Shown here in pieces: positions 34,741-46,033 of a stretch of DNA of 64,000 nucleotides. The notes beneath the pieces are model-generated. The model made no database searches. It was not told where the DNA came from and saw nothing but the letters and a program-made list of their open reading frames with translations. Made by a program: the position numbers and the translations under genes. Source of the stretch: Gracilinanus agilis (Eukaryota); contig NC_058134.1 in NCBI RefSeq assembly GCF_016433145.1, forward strand, positions 216,036,257 through 216,100,256, in the 5' to 3' direction. Each line of letters opens with the position of its first letter. Position 1 is the stretch's first letter.

Positions 34741-37700
34741 TGTTGACTGGGAAAAAACACAGAACTATTAAATAGTCAGAAAAGCCACTCTTTAATCAAG
34801 GAAAGGAGTACAGGGCCGAGTTAGGCCTCTACACAGAGCTACAAGCCAAAGCCTATGCAGAGTCTGAGGATTGAACTCTGGATGCTCTGGTCCCTAACCC
34901 CTGGGAAAGCCAACTGCACTAGATTGGACAATTCCATGGAGCCATTGAGGTTGGGAAACAAATATCTTTCTTGGGGAACTTGGGAACTGAAGATGAGAGG
35001 CATAGTTGATTGACTTTACAATGGTAACAAAGGAAAATGGGGAGTCTCAGACAGGAATAACTAGTGAGGGGCAGATGCTTTACAATGGACACAGAAAGGA
35101 AAGACCCAGCCAAAGGCTGGGCCACCTTAGTAAAGGGCTTTGGCCTAAGGGGAGAAACCATTGGGACAAAAGAGATACTTAACTTTTGAGGGGATTAGCC
35201 ATCCCCATTAAGGCCCATTGTTAGTCTGAGACTAGTGAAGTTGGACTTTCCCTCGGGGAGGAATTCTATTGTGACAAGGTTAAACCTGAGGCTTTCACCT
35301 TCAAGCTAAGTAAACTGGGGTTCATTAAATCTTTCTAGGCTACAAGTTTGGGGGCTTCTAGATTCCACGTTGACACACACCCCTTTTGGTCAAGACTGGA
35401 CATCACTGACCAAACAAACGGACAAATGGGTGATGCTATATAGGGTTGGACTCTGTCACTAATGGTGGGAAAGCCTTGGGGTACAGGTATGGGCCATTGG
35501 CATTTGGGGGCACTCCCCAATGCCCGGCGCATTGACAGTTGTGCCAGAGAAAGGTAGGCAGTCTACCCTTGGCAAATTTTTGACAACACAACATTACCCA
35601 AATCCCCCCAAAGTCTTTAGTCTCTTGAATCCAGTGAGTTCTGCTGGTGGGTCCTGATAAAATGGCTTCAGTGCCTTTTCTCTTGCTGATTCCTCCTTCC
35701 TGTAGATAGCTTCATTTGCTGTAAGGGAAAACAAGAGAAATCCATAAACACATTCTCTAACAGGACTTAATCAATTCTCAATATACTTACTCACTATGAA
35801 GATTATTCAAGATGTTAATCTTAGTCTGCAATCCCATATTCGATTAAGGTTCTACACCAATTATGAAATTCTGTAAACTACATGCTTAATCAGAAAGATT
35901 GCCTTACTCTACCAAATTAATCATATTTAAAAAAAAAAACCCTACAAACTATAGAAATATGAAGGCAAAAATAAAATGACGGGTTAATCAGGGTTTATAA
36001 ATCTGAAAGTGGCCCTTCCCTTGTTTGTGGCCAAAAATTAAAATATCATCCCATACTAAGTTAATTATTAAATATTCTATTACAAAAATCCCAAAATCAT
36101 ATTAAAAAAACTGCATGACAATTTCAGATTCAAAACAATTTTGAAAGTCAAAATTAAAAAGTCTCAAATTAACTCCAAAAATCCTCAAAATTAAAAATGC
36201 TTCTAACTTTCCTTAATTTTAAAGGTCTCACACGCCCCACTTTGGGGAGGTTGAGATGCTAGAGATTTTAAAAATTGTTTTCATTCACCTTTAACTACTT
36301 AAAACTATGATCATGCTTACTTAGACTTTTTTTTGTCCTATTAACTACCACTTTGTATGAAAGAAATAATGCTGCATCTGAGTCAGCCAATGCAAAAAGC
36401 CTGTAGATAAAAATTATTGTGAAAATAATTCTCTTGTTGTGGCAGTATCACAGGATCTCCTGATTTAACTGAGTTCTAGCCTTGACTAAATTAGTTTTGG
36501 GTACATATTTTCCAATTACCTGAGTAATTCATTGGCAATAAGGACTCATTTACCATTGGACCTGGGCCTTATCTATAGGTGATTTCATAAGTATTCCTAG
36601 GCACAAAAGCTTTTTGTAATCTCATGTTTCCTGCCTTGAAACTCCAAAATGTAAAAAATTTACTTGTACTGAGAAGCAGTTCAGCATTCTATCTGAAACG
36701 TGTTTATTTAAAATGCTGCTTAGAATCTACTATTTATATGTGAGGTTTCCCCCCTTTTTAGCACTGATATTTTGCCAGGTTTCCATATGACCTAAATTCT
36801 TCCTCCTTTTAAATCCTTAAGAAAAAGGAACCTCTTTAATTTGCTACCTCATTTAAAATGGCTAAAAACTTCTATCTGCCTTCATAATTCCTATATTCTA
36901 GGCCTTGCCTTTCTAAGGCTTCCTTCATTATGTGATTACAGAAAATTTGCTGTGACAGGAGAAAAGTGGGAAGTAACTTAAAATGAGGGAGAAAAACTCC
37001 CATAATTTGGAATATTAATGCCATGCATGAATGGCAATGATCAGCAGTCACCAGGAGAATGTGACAGAAAAGTAGCTGGGCCATTTCTTAGCCCTTCCAC
37101 ACCCTTGTGACTATCAATGACCAATTTTCCTCCATAGCTTTCTTTTCCCAATTATCTTCCCATACAATTCATCCTTAGATGGCAATTCTCTCTAACCATG
37201 CTTAGGATTCAAAATTAATTATCTTCTGTTATTAACAATCATTTCTAGGCTCTATCACTTTTTTCCTAAATTTTTCTGATACTACTTTGAGACAAACATC
37301 TTGCCATCTAGGCCTATACTGAATCTATGTTATGCTAACTTAGGAAAGCACTCTGGAATCTCTGTTGCAGATTCTCAAATCTAACTAATATTACCTTTTT
37401 AATCTCTTAATAAGGTAAAATGCTATTATATTTTAAACCTTCCCTACTTTAGCTAAATTTGGGGAATAACTCTCTTCTCTCTAGGTTCTCTATTAAAAAG
37501 GGACTTTGCTCAGGGTAAATATAATTCTCAAGGGAAATAAAATGGCCAGTTTTATGTCTGTTACAGAAATATTTCTAAAAGTCAATGAAAATGATGAGAA
37601 ATAATACTTATCTGGATTCAGTTTCTTGGGGGCTCCTCCCAATTTCCTGTAGAGATGTCTTCTTCAAGAATCCTTCAGATTCTAGGCTTTTGGCTCCATT

Positions 37701-39537
37701 TAACGCAAACCTTTTCCCAACAATGTCTTGTCTTTTTACAACAATGCAATGGCCAAAAATAAACTCTTTTCTTTTCTTCAGACCACACACAAGTTAATTA
37801 GAAAATCTTGCTCTCTGGAAACAAATAACAGCTTGACAAAAATGTGAAATTATAGTACTTTAATCAAAAAAGTTAATACCCAGAATAAAACCTCTCTCAT
37901 TACCAATATTAAAATTAACCACATTAGAATCTTAAAGTTATGAATTTCTGGACCTCCTTTTGCCTCCTGCTGGATAGTTACATATCCAGATTACCAGCTC
38001 CTGCCTCTTCAGCTTTTGGAAGGAATTAACTGTTAATACAACTTTATAGACATTATTTGCTAACATATCACCAGCATTTAGAATACCATTAGACATGCAA
38101 TATAAGCAAAACCTCACAGAACATTGAGAAGAAATGCAGAACTTAAGTTCTTAAACTTCTATGAAAAGCTCTTTCACAAAAATGTACAACCATTTAAGCC
38201 TTAAGCCATGGCATCTCAAGCCGAGAAGAACCTTTCCCTATTTTAATGGACTTAAAGCAGTTACTCAGAACTTAACACTCAGGCCCCCAAATTCCAGCTC
38301 AGTTTCCCATTCAACGTTTTCAGCCAATCATTCATGCCTCTGAACTATACTCTCCTTGCCCTTACTTTTACCACCAACACACACACACTCAAAAATTTAG
38401 TCAAGCTTGGAGCTTGTAGTCAGGTTGAACTAGACTCCCATTTTGTCCAATTTACCTTGGGATCAAATTCTGCTACCATCTGTCATCTTAGCCAAACCTT
38501 TGCCTGCACTAGATTCATATCTATATATAAGTATATATAAAATATCTCCTTTGCCGCCATTTTGTCAGGTGGTTCCTTGGGCTGCCGGCTGCCCCCACCT
38601 CCTCCAGGGGCCACAGACATGCTGTTCCCCATTCCAGCAGCCCCCGAGTGGCTCTGGATTCTGCAGCTCTCTGTGCAATCCACAAACCAATGCTTGATGC
38701 CCCCTTAATTAAAGAATGGGTCACTCCCAAATACAGGAGACTGAGTCCTTTTTCTGAGAGTCACTTACCTGGCTCCTCTGCTAACTGGACTCATGACTTA
38801 ACCCTAAACGGGCTATGTGGGTACCTCACGTCTTGGGGTCCTCCTCAGCAGGGTGGCTCAGGCAACTGGGATTTTGGAATCTTGGTGGGACCTCCATTTG
38901 TTGACTGGGAAAAAACACAGAACTATTAAATAGTCAGAAAAGCCCCTCTTTAATCAAGGAAAGGGGGTACAGGGCCGAGTTAGGCCTCTACACAGAGCTA
39001 CAAGCCAAACGCCTATGCAGAGTCTGAGGATTGAACTCTGGATGCTCTGGTCCCTAACCCCTGGGAAAGCCAACTGCACTAGATTGGACAATTCCAAGAA
39101 GCCACTGAGGTTGGGAAACTTAAATACCTTTCTTGGGGAACTTGGGAACTGAAGATGAGAGGCATAGTTGATTGACTTTACAATGGTAACAAAGGAAAAT
39201 GGGGAGTCTCAGACAGAAATAACTAGTGAGGGGCAGATGCTTTACAATGGACACAGAAAGGAAAGACCCAGCCAAAGGCTGGGCCACCTTAGTAAAGGAC
39301 TTTGACCTAAGGGGAGAAACCATTGGGACAAAAGAGATACTTAACTTTTGAGGGGATTAGCCATCCCCATTAAGGCCCATTGTTAGTCTGAGACTAGTGA
39401 AGTTGGACTTTCCCTCAGGGAGGAATTCTATTGTGACAAGGTTAAACCTGAGGCTTTCACCTTCAAGCTAAGTAAACTGGGGTTCATTAAATCTTTCTAG
39501 GCTACAAGTTTGGGGGCTTCTAGATTCTACATCAACA
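34741..39537 (-). mobile_element. Two-LTR non-coding ERV (class I-like, VL30-like), 4797 bp
   Basis: Direct repeats 34741-35375 (3' LTR, 635 bp) and 38899-39537 (5' LTR, 639 bp) with TG...CA ends. 4-bp TSD ACAC (34737-34740 / 39538-39541). PBS TGGAGGTCCCACCAAGAT (minus, 38896-38879), 17/18 to the tRNA-Gln PBS. PPT AAAAGGGGTGTG (35387-35376). No internal ORF above 100 aa. Confidence 0.95.
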
Positions 39538-39878
39538 ACACGCAGTGAGCTACAGGTTAGTCTGATGGAAAGGCCAATCCGGCTCTTGGGCTTCTGGCTT
39601 CCCCAGATTCACTTAATGGGACCTAAGACCATTGCTTCTCTGTGGGCTTTGTCAGGATCGAATAACAATGAAGATGCACTTAGCACAGTGCCTGGTGCAT
39701 AGTAGGCCCTATGGAAAGGCTAGCTCTGATTAGAAATAGTTGTTTTTTCTGCAAGGCTTTACAGCTAGTTTACAAGCCCTTTCTGTAGCCCATCCCCACT
39801 CTATATACGAAGAAGCCCCAGGGCAGCATGGTGAAGGAATTTCCCCTGAAGCAAGTAGCTCAGAAGAGGCCTTGAACT

Positions 39879-40040
39879 GGGGCAGCTAGGTGGCACAGTG
39901 GATAGAGCCTCAGGCCCAGAATCCAGAGTACTTGGGTTCAAATTTGACCTTGGGCAAGTCCCTTAACTCCCTTTGTCTGGCCCTTACCCTTTCTGTCTTG
40001 GGGCTATTCAGACATAAAATAAGAGTTTAATTTAAAAAAA
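39879..40040 (+). mobile_element. Older CORE-SINE (internally deleted)
   Basis: GGGGCAGCTAGGTGGCACAGTGG head, B-box, core, A-rich tail. Confidence 0.75.
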
Positions 40041-40409
40041 TAAAAAGAGAGGCTTTGAACCCAGACTTTGGTAACTACAGACCTTTTCCCTGTCTGATGC
40101 TGGCCTTGCTAGGGTATTTTAAATGATGAATGACGTTAAAAGCCCCCAGTCTCCCTTTAAGAGGCTCCCTATTGCCTGAGTGGCCTTCCTCATTTAATAT
40201 CTGCTGGGTCTTTTGTCTGAAGAATTAGCAGATGGGTCTTAGTTGGTCTTTTCCACCTTCTGGTTTCCCCAGATGGTCCTGAATTATTTGTGACTCCTGT
40301 CAGTTGGTGGATCAGAGAAGGGGAGGGGTGCTTTTTGTTTGTTTCTTTTATTTTTATGAAAACTTTCTGACAGTGTGGAGGAACGTGGATAGCGTTTGGT
40401 ATTGACAAA

Positions 40410-40533
40410 ATGGAGATTATCAACTTCAGCGCCATCCCCATGATCCCCCTGGATGAAAAAGTGGAGATTCCACCCTTGATGAGAAGCAAAATTCATGAAA
40501 AGTTTAAGAATTACCTGGTAGAAAACCCACCCC
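40410..40533 (+). CDS. FAM227A: FAM227A first coding exon
   Basis: MEIINFSAIPMIPLDEKVEIPPLMRSKIHEKFKNYLVENPP, resembling the remembered human N-terminus MEVINLTTLPMIPVDE...LENNPP. Kozak AAAATGG; exon acceptor CTGACAG| at 40373; ends at U12-type donor |GTATCTT, phase 1. An upstream in-frame start cannot be excluded. Confidence 0.85.
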
Positions 40534-41657
40534 GTATCTTCTGGTGATGTCACTGGTCTCTGACCATCTGGGGCTAGGGGGAGGGGTTTGGGGAGGCAGA
40601 GTCAGACCCTGGAAACATGGCCTGACTTAGAGAATTTAGGGAGCTCTTGGGACCTTCACATCACCCCAGACAAGGAAAAAGGGCTCCCTTATAAGAAGTC
40701 AGGCTTTCACGCTCTCTTTTTCTTCATTCTGGGCTTCATAGAAAGAGAAGGGACCCAAGCAGTCATCTGGTCCACATTTATGCCTTTGGGCCAGTCAGGA
40801 GGCTTCCACTGTTGGGAGACAGTTGGCCTGGGCTCAGGCACCATGTAGTGTTTATCTTCATCCAGGAAATGGAGTCAGAGAAATAAGATCTGAAGGCCCT
40901 TCCTCCTTTGCCATCTATGAGGAGACAACTTACCTCTGCCTCCCCCTCAAGAGCCACTCCCCAGGTGGGCCTCTCTCCTTGGAGGCCAATTATCACAGGG
41001 GTCCCCCTGCCTCATTTACCCTCCTCTCCAACTGCCCCTCTCATTAAATGGGACAACCCTTCCAGTGTTACCTGCTTAGATCTTTCCTGTGGAGCTCAGC
41101 CAGTCTGGGTGTCCAGACACAGGAGCTCCCATGAAGCCCTTCAGGCTCCCTTCCTCCCAGTTCAGGGAGAGGTAATATCTCTAGCAGAGCTCATCTTACC
41201 TTTGAGGCTTATTACCTCCCCATAGAGGGGAGGAAACTGAGCTTCAGGGGAGGCAAGAATGCCAGCTGGAAAGTGGTCCCAGCTCCTTGGTGACTGCCTC
41301 CTAGGTGTGGACACATGTGGCCAGCCCTCCTGCCTGCCTCTTCCTTCCCTTGTAACCAGTGGTAGCCAGACTTATCTCCTCTGCTTTTTCCCCAGTTGGC
41401 CTAAACCTGCTTCTTTTCTTCCCTTTTCATTCTGTCCAGTCTAGACAGGACTAGAGTTGAGTAGAGACTCTGGGAGAGACAGTGGTGTGGAGTCAGGAGA
41501 TAGGAGCTGTGTGGCCATGGGCCTATCTGTTGCCTCTGGGACTCAGGGGTTCATTTGCAGAATAAGGAGGTTTTACTAGGCTGGGGGGCTCAGGGAGGCT
41601 CCTTCTAGCCCAGCTCTCTCCAGTGCCATGAGGTTCTTTAACAGCCATGTCTTCCAG

Positions 41658-41755
41658 TGTGTCTTGTGGGCTCCTTAGACAAGGTGAACAGAAAGATCGC
41701 CCAAATCGACCTGAAAATGAAATTCCAGACGACCGGCATCCAAAGCCATTTACTG
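41658..41755 (+). CDS. FAM227A: FAM227A coding exon 2
   Basis: (L)CLVGSLDKVNRKIAQIDLKMKFQTTGIQSHLL; acceptor CTTCCAG|, donor CTG|GTAAGA. 98 nt, restores phase 0. Confidence 0.88.
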
Positions 41756-43699
41756 GTAAGAATGGGGCCCAAAGAGACTTCTGGGCTTTTGTGGCTGGGG
41801 CTGGGGGGAGTCAGCACTTCAGTTCTTCTGGGCATCCCTTTAGGCACTGCCTCCACTGATACCAACTCCATCCCCCTTCTTCCAAGCAGCAAGGCATCAT
41901 TGTGGACAAAGAGAGATCTGGCTTCTGAAACAGGAAGACTTGGGCTCGAATCCTGCCTCTGACACATGTAGGCTAGGTAACCCTGGGCACCGGAGTGCTC
42001 TAGGCAACCTCTGATATTAAAAATTGCAGAAAAGGTGCCAACCTGTATTGGTAGAGAGAGTTTCTTCTCCTTGGAGTTCCTGCTGACCAATGGTTTAGTC
42101 CCCAGCCTTTTCGTTTCCCCTGAGGAGGTCTTTCTGAGTCGCTCAATCTGAAGATACATGCCAGGCCAGACCTTAGATCATAGACATACAGGCCATCAAC
42201 AGGCCAAACTTGGCATTCCAAAAAATGATGGTCATCTCCATGACTGTCTAGTTCTCTAGGGAAACTTCCGTGCTAGAAGAAAAAAGAGGGAATAGTTGAG
42301 CGAAGGGAGGAATTTTTAACTATCAATAATAGACAAGAGTAATTCTTACCCTCCCCCACATTGGCATGGCCCTTCATTGGATAATGGCACTTTAATTGGT
42401 GTCATCCATTGACTCTCCCCAGGAGGGAATGGGTCTTGGAAGGAGTCTTGAAAGAGATCTTGGGACCAAACTACATACATTTCACTCAAAAACTTGATGT
42501 TGGCCAAGTCCTGTGGTTCTATTGGGCACTCTGATTTTTTGTCTTCATTTGTTTTGGATTGTAAACTTGCCTCTTCCCTTGTGATTAAATTTTTGCTAAA
42601 CTCAATTGTGACCTGGCTGTAAGGGAGAAAAGGGGCTAGGGTTGGACCAAGGAGGAATCAGACTTGGCAGCACACGCTTGGAGCTACAGTGAGACCCAGA
42701 ATACAGTGGGGGTATTGGGCTATGGGAGATTCCCTGAGAGAAAGCCAAGAAGTCATCCCCAGAAAGCAGGCAGGGCAGCTGCCAAATCCCTGACCCACTG
42801 CTGGTCATTCGAGTGACCTTGGGAAGGTCTGTTATCTCCTTAGGCCTCTATTTCCTCATCTATAAAGGAGAGGGCTCAGACTAGATGATTTCTGAAAATG
42901 CAGCCAACTCTGAACCATCTGAACCCAACCTGTACCTCAGGACACTATGGACACTGGTCTAGTGGCAGACCCAGGTTCACTACCTAATGCCCTGAACATC
43001 TTGGTAGACAGTTTCATGAGTCACTGTAGCTTGAACACATCCTTACAGGATGGCAAAGCTTGAAATTAGCTCCTCCCAACTTAGTTAGCTGGACCTTGCC
43101 AAATGTGACATTGTTCATTATGGACTCCTCCTTGGAGGTGCCATGACTCATGCTCCTTGGGCATACCCTTTAGGAGCCAGGGGCAGGGCCCTCCCCAGGT
43201 AAGGCCAGAGATCAGTAAGAAAGGAGGAACCACAGTCACATCCAAGTGAAAACAAAAGTACACAATAACCTTAGCCTATCTTGTGTCCAGGCCCTCCTCT
43301 GGCTGCCCTTCCTCTTCTCTGAGGCACTCCTGATTTCAGGGCAATGTGGGGTCATGGGAAAGCATGCTTGCTTGCAAGGCAGAAGACCTACATTTAATTA
43401 CTAGCCTTGCCATGGAGCAATTGGCAAAGGGACACTTGGTCTCTTTCCAGGCCATTACTCCTCTCCCTCTTGCATAAATGCTCCTTCCTCCCATAGCGGG
43501 TATGAGGGTCAAATGAGTTATTTGGAAAGCATTTAGTGCTGGTACATGTTACTACTTAATCCATCCTTCCTTCCTCCCTCCTTCCTTCCCTTCTGCCTTT
43601 CTTCCCTTCCTTCTCTTTTTCTCCCTTCCTCCCTCTTTCCCAACTTGATTAATACATTGAAAAATGCTTGAAAACATGTGCAATGTGTAACACCAGTAG

Positions 43700-44185
43700 A
43701 CCACCCCACTTCCTTCCTAGGAGGGGGTAGGTAGAGAGTATCTTCTCATCTCTTCACTGAGGCCCACTTGGTCTTTGTAATTTTGTTATATTTACCTTTG
43801 ATTTTGGGGGGGTGTCATTCTTTCTGTTTGCATTGTGTATCTTGTTTTCTTGGCTCTGTTTACTTCACTCTACCTCAGTTCACATAGATCTTTCCAGGCT
43901 TCTCCTTGTTCATCACACACATCAATATTCATGTTCCAAGATTTGTTTGTCCATTCCCCAATTGATAGGCATCTGCTTCATTTCCAATTCTTACTTGTCA
44001 CAAAAAGTGCTGCTATAAATAGTTTGGAGGAGATTGGGTCTAGTTTCTTATTGATAGCTTCCTTCCTTGAGGTATAAGCCCAGCAATGGAATCTGGTTCA
44101 ATGGGTGTGGACATTCTAGTCACTTTATTTGCTTTCCAAAATGCTTGTACCACTTAACAGCACCACCAACAATGTATTAGTATAA
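43700..44185 (-). mobile_element. Old L1 fragment
   Basis: Degraded reverse complement of the L1 ORF2 3' region (CCATTCCCAATTGATAGGCAT..., CACCAACAATGTATTAG). Confidence 0.65.
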
Positions 44186-44554
44186 CTTGCCTAGGGTCAC
44201 CTAAATGCTGAGCTTCAGATTTGGGAAGCAAATCCAGTTCTCCCAATCCCATGTCCTGCTTTCCTCTTACTACCCTGCTGCTGTTCAGAGGAGTGAACTG
44301 AAGCAGAACCCCAGTTGCCATAGGAAGACAAGATAGGATCCAGGCATACCAACACATGCTGAGGGGAGCTTTTGGTCCAGCCCCCACTCTCTGGGGGCAA
44401 GATGCAGGGCTGTTTCCTCTAGAGGCCCCCTGGCCCCAAAGCGGGGAGTAGCAGCAGTGCAGTGCATGACTCTGGAGTGGGCCAGCTGGCTGGGAACACA
44501 CCTTTTGGGAGGGGAGAGATTGACCTTCAGTGTATTTTGTGTTTGTTTCCGAAG

Positions 44555-44618
44555 GGCATAGAACAACTGGAGGCAGAGAAAAAAGAGAGAGAGCAGCAGC
44601 GCATCCTGGAAGAGAAAG
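44555..44618 (+). CDS. FAM227A: FAM227A coding exon 3 (3' boundary inferred, GC donor)
   Basis: Acceptor TTTGTTTCCGAAG|, GIEQLEAEKKEREQQRILEEK (compare remembered human AIERFELEKK...EDK). A phase-1 end is required by the next exon and is met at AAG|GCAAAA. Confidence 0.7.
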
Positions 44619-45289
44619 GCAAAAATCCTTTTAACAGCCTGATCCTGGGGGTAATGAGTTGTGGGGCAGCTGAGGATGAGGCAAGGCCTCTTCTTGGCTT
44701 TGCTGCTCATTTGGAGTGGGGACCTCAGGGCAAATCCCCCAGGCTCTCTGTAGAGATGATCAGAAGGAGGGGATCACTGCACCTCTCCTTCAGCTCAAAG
44801 CTTCTCCAGGCATTTCCCCACTTGAACCCTCTGAGTCTCTGTACTATGAAGGAAGGGAGAAAAACAGACCCCTTCCAGCTTGCAATCCTGGGACCTCGCT
44901 TGGTTTCTCTCAGGCCACTTCCTATGCCCTACCTGTCACTCCTTTCAAAACCTATCTTGTGGAGTTAGATACTTCTATAGTTAAAATGGACACATGGGGA
45001 AGCTGAGGCCCTGAAAGACTAAGTGATTTCCTTGAGATCATGCAACTCCCAAATGGTAGAGCCTGGACTCCAGTGGAGGTGACTGGCACAAGTCCCCCCT
45101 ATGGTTATCTTGGCCTGTAGTGCTTTTGGGCTCCCCTCATCCACCAGGCCTCACAGAGCAGGACATGCTATACCCCACTCACCTTGATTGAGGCAGGAGG
45201 GGCCTTATCTGAACTTTCCCTTTTCTCCAAACCCCAGCAGCTTGTAAACTAAAGAGATTTCTGCTAAAGGAATCCTGGATAGGAACACT

Positions 45290-45501
45290 NNNNNNNNNNN
45301 NNNNNNNNNNNNNNNNNNNNNNNNNNNNNNNNNNNNNNNNNNNNNNNNNNNNNNNNNNNNNNNNNNNNNNNNNNNNNNNNNNNNNNNNNNNNNNNNNNNN
45401 NNNNNNNNNNNNNNNNNNNNNNNNNNNNNNNNNNNNNNNNNNNNNNNNNNNNNNNNNNNNNNNNNNNNNNNNNNNNNNNNNNNNNNNNNNNNNNNNNNNN
45501 N
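45290..45501. other. Assembly gap (212 N)
   Basis: Run of n characters. Confidence 1.
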
Positions 45502-45941
45502 CTCTTCCCCTTTCCCTCCTTTCCCTCCTCTGATTCCCCCTTCCTTTCTCTATGCATATATGTATGTATATATCTATATATGCTTACACATATTTAAAAT
45601 TCACTTTTCCGTACGTGTATTCCCCTCCTCTCCCTTTCCCCCTTCCCCTGCCCCACCATGCAAACTACTTGGGATCAAGGCTGTTTCATCTTTAAGTCTC
45701 TAGCACGTAATCCAGTGCCTGGAATGTGGTAGGTACCTAATAAATGTTGAATGACTGAATGAACAATGACCACCCAGTGTTATCAGTTAAGGTCAGTGAA
45801 GGAAAGAGGTCTCTATAAATGTCTGTATCCTCTCTGGTGTACTTTGGTGAGATTTATGGAAAACACCCTCCAAAATGGTTCCTGTCAATGAAAAGACCCC
45901 TCCACGTCTAGTATCACCCCTCCTCCCCTTGTCCTTTGTAG

Positions 45942-46033
45942 AGAAGGCCAGCAAAACCAAGAAGAAGACGCGCAAGTTAGTCCCACAGTCAACTCCATCA
46001 ACTATAAGTGGTCCACATCCTGGTCCAAAAAAG
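45942..46033 (+). CDS. FAM227A: FAM227A coding exon 4 (low-complexity, basic)
   Basis: Strong acceptor CCCCTTGTCCTTTGTAG|, (E)KASKTKKKTRKLVPQSTPSTISGPHPGPKK, strong donor AAG|GTAAGC. 92 nt, phase 1 to 0, which fits the downstream exon. Confidence 0.8.

Noticed and set aside
45264-45557. ORF containing a run of X
   Set aside because: Artefact of the 212-N assembly gap.
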